In this document: positions 51,568-64,000 of the stretch, in pieces | Numbering within the stretch: position 1 is the first letter of the stretch | How the letters are laid out: each line of letters begins with the position of its first letter | From: Felis catus | Taxonomy: Eukaryota | Direction: 5' to 3' | Assembly: GCF_018350175.1 (NCBI RefSeq) | Contig: NC_058368.1 | Span: forward strand, 59,832,001-59,896,000 | Length of the DNA: 64,000 nucleotides | Notes under the pieces: generated by a model | What the model was told of the DNA's origin: nothing | Databases searched by the model: none | What the model saw: the letters and a program-made list of their open reading frames with translations, nothing else | Position numbers and translations under genes: made by a program

Positions 51568-53999
51568 AACAACAAAGCAGTCTTATCCTGTTCATGCATC
51601 TATACTGAACTATGTTTAAGTAGAATTTCTAGAAGTAAAACTGCTGACGCAAAGGTTGTGCACATTTTATATTTAATACTTACTGCCAAATTGGCCTTTA
51701 AAAATATATACTCCTATCAATATTGTATGAGTGTTCTCATTTCCTCAAATTTCCCTGCACTAGTTATTATAATCATTTTATTTTTTGCCAATCTCATTGT
51801 TGAATCAATATTCTTTTTCTTGATTTTTGGTGAAATTGAGCAGTACTTCATACATTTAAAGTAATTTAAATAATTTTGTAGGATAATAGATTCATACTTA
51901 TAATTTTGTCTACAAAATTCTTTATATTTTATTTATGCCTTGTAGGTTCTTTATAAATGATGAAAATTAATCCTCAGTCTTTTGTGAATATTTAAAATTT
52001 TTTCTCCCTGTCTCCTAACATTATTCATGATAATTCCAAAATAAATTCCATTGAAATTTTAATTGATATTTTACTGAATGTATAGGTTTATTTGAGGGAA
52101 AATTGCATTTACGAACTATCTACCTGTCTCTTTGGGTCTCCATATACATTTCAAATAAATTTTATAGTTTTACTTATAGGAAATGAATGTTAGCTATATT
52201 CCAACATGTTTTATAATCATTGTTGCTACATGAATGGGGTATTTAGCATATGTCATTTATACTTTTTAATTGTGGTGATGGAGAAAGTTGATGAATTTCA
52301 CATATTCACTGTTACTAAGGGAGACTGGCTATGGATCAGGCTGCCTTGTATTGAATTATACTGGGGTTGTACATCATTGGACAATTTAGCTTAGCCAACC
52401 AACCAATCCTTCGTTTCACCATCTATAAATTTAAGCTATACAGAGAATCAGGCTTCCCAGTTCTTGAATATGCTGCTAATATTTTATTCTTAAGGATGAT
52501 GTTTTCTGTAAATTTATTACAGACATTATTTAAGAAGAAAAGTAAGTGGCCTTTAATTTCTAGGTTACAAAAAACTATTAGTTTTTAATTATTTTTGTGA
52601 TATTTACTGAGATTTTCCTGACTAAAAATTGAATGCCTAGATTACAGATATATTGGAATGTTTAATACAGACAAATTGTTTTTATTTTTAAAAGTAAAAT
52701 AGAAACATTTCACTCTTTGAGAAGATGTGCTTTTGTATGTATTTGAGAAATGCAAAATTTTATGGCTAATTGTTGATTTTATTCTTTTTCAAATACTCAG
52801 GATTAAACAAGCAATGGCAAGTCTTTGATCTGCTTCCTTGATTAAATTTAGTCACCATAAAAATGCATTTAGATTTTTATTTGGATATGCATGGTACTCT
52901 TCAGGTTATAGGTTCCATAATATACACCCTCATTTAATCTTTACAACAACTTATGAGATGGATACTATTCATAGCTTTTTTAGGTTGGCCTCTACTGGGC
53001 TATAAATCTCTCTCCCTGACACTCCTACAAATTCTAGTCTTATATAAAACAGGTATTTATATGGATGTGTCAAGGAAACAAACAAACAAAAAAGAATTTC
53101 TGAGAGCTGTGAGAAATATATGTGATTGGAATACAAAAGAGTTTCCACATTCCTAGGAAACCCAAGTTGTTTCATAACCTCAGTAACATGGCAACAGATA
53201 GCCACCTAAACCCAGTCAATCTAACAGCCACAGCTTGAATCAGTGAAAACGCTTTAACCAACCAATTAGTGGTAGACACTGGGTTTTAAAATTGCTAATC
53301 CTGGAGAAACTCATTTCAATAAACAAGCCTCTACTATATGTCAATCAACCAGAGAATAATAATGCTTCTACAGATGACATCAACCCTTTTACACCTCTGA
53401 GATTCTCCAATCCCTGACCTCTCTGATTCCTCATAACCCCATATCAGATCAACAGTCGACTCAGAAAAGCTGTGCAGTTCCTTGAGTATGGCTTTGTGAA
53501 TAGTTTCTTTATATCTGAAGACGTAAGAGATGAGTTATCTACCCAATACACCCAACAGATGAATAGGTTATTCCACTGTAAAGGCAGAAAGCAGAAAAAA
53601 AGAAGCTACTGGTCCACAGTAATTATGAAATCTGGCTGGCACATGTTGCCAGTCCTTGGATTAATGTTTAACCTTACTTACTGCCTGGCAATGAGTCACC
53701 TTGGGTTTTGGCTCTGCTTCTTGGTCTTTGGTTCTACCTTATTAGGATTCTTCTTTTCCAATAAAAACCAGCTAGTATTTGCAGCTGAGAAGTGTCTTCA
53801 GCTAATTTCTTGCCTATAATACTTTGAGTCCAATGTCTCTATCTGTTCATTATACTTTAAGCTGGACTGTCTCTCATCTCTGAGTCATAGAAAAGGGAAT
53901 GAATCTAACCAAGTGGAAGGTATATGATTAGTGGTCAGAGGGAAAACTGGGAGATTTTATTTTCCGAGAGTGACTTCACAGATATATATTCCATACACT

Positions 54000-54531
54000 A
54001 GGTTCCAATATGACTTTCAATATTATTTTGACATTCCTCCTTGAGATGGGATCTGGATTCCTATCCTTAAATATGACAAGATCTTTACAACTGACTTAAT
54101 CAATAAAAATATAGCAGAAGTCACAATATGTGAATTTAAAGTCTTGATCATAAGAAGTACTGCAGCTTCTGTGTTGGACTTTTGGCTCACTCATTCTGGG
54201 GCAAGCCAGCTGCCATACAATGAGATGTTTCAATCATCCCCTTGGTGAGGCCCAAATACAAAGGTGTTGAGGCCCAGCAAGAGCCAGCCCCAGATATCCA
54301 GAAGTTTGAGGGAGCTAATTTGGAAGAGAATTCTCCAGACCCAATCAAACCTTCCAATATCTGTAGTGCCCACTATAACAATGCAAAATCATGACAGGAC
54401 TGATCTCAAATAACGACTGCCTAACCAAGCCCTTCATGGATTTTGATTAATTAATAAGGAGAGCATAAAATTTTATATTCAAGGCACTATACTTTAGACT
54501 ACTTGTTATGCTACTTTAAGTAAGCAGCACA
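54000..54531 (+). mobile_element. MaLR LTR (MLT1F/G-like)
   Basis: ctgcagcttc, gcaagccagctgccat, gaggccca, ttgttatgc...aca end. Confidence 0.7.
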
Positions 54532-54557
54532 GTATTCATTTAAACATCAAACAAATT

Positions 54558-54760
54558 GGGGTGCCTGAGTGGTTCAGTCGGTTAAGCGCCTGACTTTGGC
54601 TGAGGTCATGATCTTGTGGTTCATGAGTTCGAGCCCTGCTTTGGGCTCTGTGCTAATAACTTGAAGCCTGGAACCTACTTCGGATTCTGTGTCTCCCTCT
54701 CTATCTGCCCCACCTCTGCTCTCTCTCCTTCAAATATAAATAAACATTAACAAAAATTTT
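54558..54760 (+). mobile_element. CAN-SINE
   Basis: SINE body; TSD-like aaacat(c/g)aaacaaat. Confidence 0.94.
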
Positions 54761-54784
54761 AAAACATGAAACAAATAAATAATT

Positions 54785-55880
<1,096 letters not shown>

Positions 55881-56859
55881 AAGATACATAAAAATAATTT
55901 AATTAGAAAAAAATAATTCAGAAAGGGGAAATTTCAAATGTTTCCATGAACTCAGGGAAATTAGAAAAATAAAGCCTCATTGAAGCAAAATCTCAAACAA
56001 GTGATTTTCAGGACCTACATTATTAACACGATAAAAGATGCAAAGTGAGTTGGAATGGCTCAAATTTTAAATAAAATATTAAAAAATACAAAAATAATAT
56101 CTACAATATATTAAAAATTGTAGTTCACTGCCGAAAACTGAGTCAAAATTAGGATAACACTACCGAAAAATAAAAGAAAAACAAGATATCCAAAATTAAA
56201 AATGATACTACATTATGAAAGTCAGAGAATATTTAGATTTAAAAAAAATTACATTCTGTCAAGAAAAAAAAAACAAAAATAGCATTAAGCAAAGTCAAAT
56301 ATATATTTGAAAATGACATAATGTGCTATTGTAATGTATTTATTTGCTTGGTTTATGTTCTTTTCAACTACTTCTTGAGAGAATCTGGTCATCTATTTAA
56401 ATAGTAAATTTATTGTTTAATGAGATTTTTATTATTTGCATTATATTTTACATTCTATGCAATATAAGGAAAATGTAATTCATATGCTGCATCACAAAAT
56501 ACCTTTCCATATTATAAATGAATACAACTCATAAGTCCACTAAATATTAATAATTATGTAAAAGGTGTATTGACTACCTTATGCAAAAATTATTTTATAG
56601 GGATCAAGACTGATTTGGTGATATTGGCAAAATCATTTGAGGTAAATCCATCATCTGTGGGTTCAACATGTATTATTTATCCTATTCAACACAGTAAAAC
56701 ATAGAATCCCTTTTTCTTAATTTTTGTATTTCAATTTTTTTTAAAGAATTAGATTAGATTGGGATATGACATATTCCATGTAGTGTTTACAGCAATCATA
56801 TAAAAAGGAAGATATTTTTAAAAACATAACATAAAATAAAATTCAACTTTCTTTCATTT

Positions 56860-57075
56860 AAAAAAATATTTTTATGTTTATTTATTTTTGAGAGAGACAG
56901 AGACAGAATATGAGTGGGTTAGGGCAGAGAGAGAAAGGCACACACAGAATCCGAAGCAGGCTCCAGGCTCTGAGCTGTCAGCACAGAGCCCGACATGGGG
57001 CTCAAACTCACCAACCGTGAGATCATGAACTGAGCTGAAGTTGGACACTCCACCGACTGAGCCACCCAGGTGCCT
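56860..57075 (-). mobile_element. CAN-SINE (SINEC_Fc-like)
   Basis: Reverse SINE; tctttcattt on both sides. Confidence 0.95.
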
Positions 57076-57084
57076 CTCTTTCAT

Positions 57085-57299
57085 TTTTTTTTAAAGTTTA
57101 TTTACTTTTTTGAGAGAGAGAGAGAGACCGAGCCCAAGGCGGGGAGGGACAAAGAGAGAGGGTGTGAGAGAATCCCAAGCAGCCTTTGTATTGTCAGTGC
57201 AGACCCAGACGCAGGGCTTGAACTCAGGACCCATGAGACCATGACCTGAATGGAAATCAAGAGTCAGACACTTAACTGACTGAGTCACCCAAATGCCCC
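57085..57299 (-). mobile_element. CAN-SINE (older)
   Basis: Reverse SINE; outer TSD aaat(t/g)caactttctttca. Confidence 0.94.
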
Positions 57300-57819
57300 A
57301 AATGCAACTTTCTTTCAAAATGTAACTATATATAATCCCTCACCCACATAAAAAAAAAAAAAATTAAGACAGTCAGGAAATTATCACTAAGATAAAAACG
57401 ATAATTTAATATAAAACCTCAACACATTACAAGGAATAGAAAATTAAAAACTTAAATGGAAACTAGAAAATGTTAATATTAATACAACCACTATATTTAG
57501 GACCATAGTCACATTGTTATTAGCTATGTCTTCCATCATTTTAAATAAGAGAAAATTAGAAGTTGAATGGATTTTTGACTCATCGGGTCTAATTAAAATA
57601 CTTCCTTAATTTTTTCTCACCATTTTAGGGCACATTTTTTTTCAGTAATCTTTTACATTTTCCATAGATGTGAATTGGAAATTAATTTAAGATTGTTTAT
57701 TATGTCCTCGGGTTTTTGAATACTCTATTTATTTTAGCCCTTATAATAGAGAGTTATCATATTTCCTAAAGCTCTATTCATGACTTTAAATTTCTATTAT
57801 TGAAATATTTGTTTCTTTA

Positions 57820-58041
57820 GGGCGCCTGGGTGGCGCAGTCGGTTAAGCGGCCGACTTCAGCCAGGTCACGATCTCGCGCTCCGTGAGTTCGAGCCCCAGG
57901 TCAGGCTCTGGGCTGACGGCTCAGAGCCTGGAGCCTGTTTCCGATTCTGTGTCTCCCTCTCTCTCTGCCCCTCCCCCGTTCATGCTCTGTCTCTCTCCCA
58001 AAAATAAATAAACGTTGAAAAAAAAATTAAAAAAAAAAAAA
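57820..58041 (+). mobile_element. Young SINEC_Fc
   Basis: CpG-rich copy, long A tail, perfect 18-bp TSD gaaatatttgtttcttta. Confidence 0.97.
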
Positions 58042-60229
58042 GAAATATTTGTTTCTTTAATTTAGACAAACTTAAATCAAGGTCTACTTCTCTGCTTCAG
58101 CTCAACATAGTATGCTTTGAGTGTGCTCATGGGACACCTGTCTGATAGAATGTGAAAGCTCTAAAGGACTGGAGGAAATAGTTAGATGGGACAGAAACTA
58201 TTCTAAGAGTTTTAAGAAATAAGAATTTGTGGGAAACCTATACAATTTGCTTCATTAGATGATACTTTGAGATCAAAACTGATCAAAGGAAAGGCTTGGT
58301 CCATGAGAGATTATAAATAACATATTCACACTTGACATCATTCCCTTGAACAAGGATGTCAGATTACCAAGATGTGTTATCTTAAGGTAACAATTGCTTT
58401 CTTAGGTAGAACTTAATGTTGCTCAAGCATTAAAACTTCTAAAATGAAATGAGCCTAGTATGAAGAGTTGCATATCATTTAATTTTGAAATTACAAAAAA
58501 TATAACACAATGATGGCTCCATAGATACTTAAACTGATTCAGATTTTGATTTTTTCATTGCTATTATACAGTAAACAAGGACTTTATAATTTACTACCTT
58601 CTCAAATATAGACATTCATACTAACATTTTCAAAATTATTTCTCAATGATGTCTTTATGTTATCCTAATACATATTTTTGAGGCAGAGATTCATATAAGG
58701 GTTTTTATTTTTTGGCTTGGGTCTTCTCAATATGTATCTTTAAACAATGTGAATGCTGATGGAAAACTTATTTTTAAATATATACCTGGAGAATAGAATT
58801 CCAAACATGCTAAATGAATCAGTGTTAAAATACTTAGAAAGTATTTAGTCCAGGTTGAGCCTCACAAGGGCTAGATTAATTATCTTAGTTCTGAATTGAT
58901 GAATGAATTTGACTTCATTTCTAATGAAAAATATTGGTGAAATATTTGATAGGTTTTTCCTAGAATGACTAATGGAATATAAAATACAATTTCTTATTAC
59001 TTCATATAGTGTATCCTTCAAAAAGCATTTTAATGCATTTTTGTTGATTAATAACAGTGTCCACAAGAAAGACTGGCCCACAGCACCATACTGCATCACT
59101 GCTGACAACAAAAAATAAAGCAAACTCATGAATGTTTAATGTTTAATAACAATTTAAAAAATTACGAACCATAATAACAATGAGGGATTGTGGTATTTGA
59201 ATTAAATCTCTTGGTACTAATCATGCAGGTCAAATAATGACACTAGAAAACATATTGAAGCAAGATTTTGCAAGTGACTGTATTCTAATAAAACTTTCTG
59301 AAAAGACAACTAGATTTCAATAAACTCAAGGTAATTTAGGAATGTTGTTTTCCAATGACTGAAACTAATTATCATATTCTTACTTTGGGGAATATGATTA
59401 GTACTAGAATGAATGCAAATATTAAAATTGGTCTCAGATGACCTAACTACTAATACAAAATGCAAGGGGCTAATTAGGTTCATTTCATTAAGCATGAAAT
59501 AATGGTGAAATCTCTCTCTAAAAATTAAAACTGTTGCTGTTTTAAAATCCTAATCCTACATTGTAGAACCAGTCTTTGACTAAAAAATATTTATTTAGTT
59601 ATACTGTATGGTGAACACTGAATTAGGCATAGATTTCGTTTTCCAGATGTCAAAATTTAACTAGAATCTATTGATTAACTTTTATAAAAAGTTACATGTA
59701 CTGAATAGAATAATTTCACTTTATCCAATAGTATCAAACGGTGAGCTTTTATAAATGCTGTAATTTATATGCAATCGAAATCTTGTTTACTAAGTGTAAA
59801 TGCTTGTTATGATTAATCATGATGTTAGGTTTCTTACCAAATGCTCTGAATATTTTGTGTCTGTTAAAACACAACTTTCTTGTTCTCTAAGTAGCCTGAT
59901 AACACAATTATAAACATCCTTTACTGTATTGGACAGTGATGTATTCAAAGAATGGTCATTAAAATTTTAAAAATAGGAGCCTCAACATATGATTAGGATG
60001 TGGAATATAAAAATAAGACTTTGTCCAGTGAAAATGTTTTTTTAAAGGTAAAATTGAAATCATATACTTCTACGATGCTTTCAAAGAGCAGTGCAGATAA
60101 GGAAGCCTTGAAGAGCTTAATTACAGAGAATTTGCCCTTTCATAAGGAAGCAGAAAACTGTTTTTTTTTCGACAAAGGATGCAAGCACATGATGTGTTCA
60201 CTATATAGTAGCCATAGTTTTACAAGTTT

Positions 60230-61275
60230 CAAGTAGATAAATATTTCTCAGGCCCAAATTAATAATCAGAAAAGAAAAAATGAAAAATCAAATTTCATCA
60301 AAACAAAAACATATTTCCATCAAAGACTCCATTTAAAAATATGGCAGGACCCAGACTGAGAGAAAATATTTCTAATAGATTTATCTAACAAAGCACTAAT
60401 ATTAGACTACATAATTAAACCTAAAAATAAACACTAAATAAACAACCCAATTAAAAATGAATAAGGATTTAAAGATGCTTCACACATACACACTCACACA
60501 CACGCGCACATATAATACACGATTAGCCAATAAATACAAAAAGATTAGCAACTAATTATTCTTCAGATAACTTTGAATTAAATCTCCATGAGATATCATT
60601 CAGCCATCAGAATGAAAAAGCAATTAAAAAGTGCGATAATAGCAAATGTTGGCAAGGAATTGGGACACCCGGAACACTAAACACACTGCTGGAGCTATTG
60701 TAGAACAGTAGAACTGCTCTGAAAAGCTAGTGTTCTTTAAAGGTGAAATAGATCTGCTTGATGATCCGGCAATTCCAGCCATTGTTATTTTGTGGGCATA
60801 AAAAACATATGACATCAAAACCCTCATACATGATACTTCATAACTACTATTTGTAACAGCCCAAATCTACAAATAGCCCAAGTGTTCAACAACAGAATAA
60901 TGTTAAACACAGTGTGGTACATTGATTCAGTGAAATATTACTGAACAATAAATCCACACGAGTGGTACACAAATGTTACGTATGCATCTGAAAACCATGA
61001 TGTTGGACAGAAGAAGGCAAACCTGTGAAGTTAAAAAAAAGTAATCGTGGGGATAGAAATTAAAAAGGGATTCGTTTGGAGTTTTGGGGGTGGTGATGCA
61101 GAACATGGGTTGACTAGAAAAAGTCACTAAGAGCACCTTCTGGATGAGAGAAATGCTTTTTATCTTGGTTGGTGGGATGGGAACATGGGCATATTCATTT
61201 CTCAAACTCATCAGAGTATACATTTAAAATAGGTATACTTTTGTCTATATAAATTGCACCTTAATAAAAATGTAA
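60230..61275 (+). mobile_element. Old LINE-1 (L1ME-like) 3' portion
   Basis: caaatgttggcaagga, acactgctgg, gcaattcca, terminal ccttaataaaaa. Confidence 0.75.
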
Positions 61276-61619
61276 ATTATGTTACAGAATATTGGGACCA
61301 GAAAATATTGTCATGTTGGCTATGGTGCAAAGCTATTTAAAATTCATCCCTGGGAGAAATAAATTTACTTGAGTCAAAATAACAGGGCTTTAAAGCTGAA
61401 ATTCTTTCTCATACTTATTGTGATGGAGGCTGGGGGCATAGGCTGATGGGAATGGCAGAGGTGTGAAGAAGACAAGATACATCAGTGTGTTCTCTAAGGA
61501 AATTTGGTGTTTTCCATTCCCATGCAATTTCCTGGGGATGTTTAATGCCAAAAGCACCAATGGTGGGTGGAGGCAGGAAGTGAGTCTGAAGTTCTAACGC
61601 TACTTTCTAATATATTTTT

Positions 61620-61647
61620 TATAATTTTTTAAGTCTATTTATTTATT

Positions 61648-61691
<44 letters not shown>

Positions 61692-61856
61692 AGAGTGGGG
61701 GGAAGCAGAGAGAGAGAGAGGGAGAGAGAGAATCCCAAGAAGGCTCTGCACTGCCAGCATAGAGCAGTGCAGAGCTTGAACCCATGGTCCTGGGGTCATG
61801 ACCTCAGCCAAAATCAAGAGTCGGTAACTCAATCAACTGAGCCATCCAGGTGCCCC
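61620..61856 (-). mobile_element. CAN-SINE with expanded (GA)n
   Basis: Reverse SINE; about 20 GA units at 61650-61690. Confidence 0.95.
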
Positions 61857-62290
61857 AACTTCCTATTTTCTGATAAACAAATGTCATTGTGTTACTATTG
61901 ACAACAATATCATTTATCCTTGCGTATCCAACTAAAGTATCCTTTGATACTTACTTGGGTGTTAATATTTATGCTTAATTTTTCCAGAGCCTGTTTTTAT
62001 TGCTCAGCTGCCTTTATTACAGTTTGATGCCATGTTCTAAATCCCATGGGGCTGGAAATGTTTTTATCTAGTAAGTAGACTTAAATAGTCTCAAACTGTG
62101 TGAAAACAGGATCACAAATTTAAAAAGGAATAGATCCATGATTTCAAAAAAGCAAATATTCCTTGTCGATTTCATTTGAAGGAAGTGGTTTGATTTATGG
62201 GTCCTGAAAACTTACTGATTACTCTGTGGTTTCCTTCCAGTACCTACTGTATGGCTAAATAGTCACCGTGGGAGCAGAAAAGCGAAGGCC

Positions 62291-62528
62291 TCTGTGTCTC
62301 CCTCTCTATCTGCCCCTCCTCTGCTCTCTCTCCCTCAAATATAAATAAACATTAACAAAAATTTTAAAACATAAAACAAATAATTTTAAAAGATTGAATC
62401 ATATCATGTATCTTTTCTGACCACAATGATATGAAACTGGAAATCAATCACAAGAAAAAAACCTGGAAAGAACATAGCACAAATACATGAATGCTAAATA
62501 GCATGATACTAAACATAAATGGTTGAAC
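62291..62528 (+). repeat. Dispersed direct duplicate of 54686-54927 (SINE 3' half plus L1 ORF2 piece)
   Basis: By-eye alignment: 9 substitutions and one 4-bp indel over about 240 bp. Confidence 0.95.
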
Positions 62529-62529
62529 A

Positions 62530-63524
62530 TTATAGTTTTTCAAGTTTTTAAGTCTAAGCAGTTAACAAAATAGTGAAATTACTAAAATGATCATTGTATC
62601 CATATTTTTAAAAGGAAAGAGCTTTTGTATAAGCCAGTTCTCATTCTCCTACCCAATTTGTATCCACCATGCATTGGAGGTTTACAAATTCTTATTGTCA
62701 AGTGTTCTGGATTATCGCCTCTTTGCTTACCATCAATGAGGTCTTACTTTTCAATTTCATCAATGCATCCAATTCCAGATTTAAGTTTTCAATATACATT
62801 TCAGCTATTTCAAGTCTATTTTCAAATAACACTAGTCCACTTCATGGGTAATGTGAATACCTAGTAACAACATAATCTGACATTTTATTTCCTTACTGTT
62901 ATAATTATTTTGAATAAACTGTTATTGGTTAGGTAAATTAAAGTAAGAAAATAAAAGAGGAGGCGGAGAGGAATGGGTGAGATAGGTGAAGGGGATTAAG
63001 AAAACACTTATTGGGAAGGTCCCTGAATAATGTATAGAATCATTATATCATTATAATGTACACCTGAGACTAATATAGCACTAATAGCGATTAAAATTGA
63101 ATACAAAAACAATGAAAAATTAAGTTCTTTTTTTTTACTTCTTACTTCCTTGATGCTCTTTTCCAGTTTATGAACGCCCAAACTGAATATTTTATTATCC
63201 TTCTCTCTAAAGAACTTTTTTAAAACATTTCTTACAAAGCTAGTGTACTGACAACAAAGTGCTTCAATTTTGTCTGTCTGAGAAAGTCTTTATTTATCCT
63301 TCACACTTGAAAGGATGATTTTGTAATACACAGAATTCTTGGTTTAATTTTATTTCTCTCAATACTTTAAATATTTCACTCCACTGTCTTCTTGCTTGCA
63401 TGGTTTCTGAGGAAAAGTCAGAAGTAATTCTTATCTTTGTTCTTCTATATGTATGTTTTTTTTATCTCTGACTTCTTCCAGGTTTTTTTATCTTTGATTT
63501 TCTTTAGTTTCAAAATGATATGCT

Positions 63525-63576
<52 letters not shown>

Positions 63577-64000
63577 TATATATTTGCATTTATTCTTCCT
63601 GGTGTTTTCTGAGCCTCCTAGATATGTGTTTGGGTGTCTGATAATTTGGGAATCTGTTCTTTCCTTTCTTCTCCTTTGATATTCCCATTATGCATGCAGT
63701 ATACCTTTTGTAGGTGTCCCACTGTCCTTGGATATTCTGTTCTGATGTTATAGTCTCAGTTCTTTTTGCTTGTCAGTTTTGAGGATTCTACTGAAATATC
63801 CTGTAGCAGAGATTCTGTGTACAGCTGTGTACAGAGTACTAGTAAGCCCACAAAAAGTATTATTTACTTCTGTTTATGGGCTTTTTTTTTAATTCCTAGC
63901 ATTTCTTTTATGTTGTTTCTTAGAATATCCATCTCTCTGGTTACACTGTGCACCTTTTCTTGAGTATTGTCTATTTTATCCATTAAAACCCTCGTAATGT
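62530..64000 (-). mobile_element. Old LINE-1 (L1MC/MD-like) 5'/ORF1-region remnants; (TA)n(CA)n at about 63530-63582
   Basis: ctgagaaagtctttatt and cttcttgcttgcatggtttctgaggaaaagtc typical of antisense L1M. Confidence 0.7.
62958..63112 (+). mobile_element. Carnivore LINE-1 extreme 3' end
   Basis: atgggtgagataggtgaaggggattaag...tgtacacctgagactaatata. Confidence 0.8.

Noticed and set aside
59001..59130. - strand acceptor tttgttgtcag within ORF 58845-59129
   Set aside because: Only a weak donor (gtaata) and no homology recognised.
59838..59860. 23-nt - strand exon candidate (ttttaacag...gtaaga)
   Set aside because: Weak pyrimidine tract and not frame-preserving.

Overview
AT-rich, CpG-poor mammalian genomic DNA, almost certainly from a carnivore of the cat lineage: it carries about 32 tRNA-derived CAN-SINEs, several of the young SINEC_Fc type, and young L1_Fc-type 3' ends. 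Much of the window is interspersed repeats (CAN-SINEs, old and young LINE-1 fragments, L2, MIR, ERVL-MaLR elements including one LTR-internal-LTR copy, Tigger/hAT remnants) plus microsatellites. No ORF in the six-frame track is a credible stand-alone gene; there are no prokaryotic features, rRNA or CRISPR. Splice-signal reading gives unproven exon candidates: a + strand terminal exon near 370, a - strand terminal exon at 17164-17276, and two frame-preserving - strand microexons (12-18 nt at 46771; 3 nt or a recursive splice site at 49774). I could not identify the gene(s). The best-supported unusual structures are mutational scars: a 240-bp dispersed duplication of a SINE/L1 junction, a SINE hairpin whose arms share private variants, SINEs re-inserted into existing target-site duplications, a twin-primed L1, tandem L1 3' ends in one TSD, a poly(A)-only insertion and a short interstitial telomeric tract. 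I see no evidence for a wholly new biological system. Repeat family names come from recalled consensus similarity, not a database search, and old-repeat boundaries are approximate.
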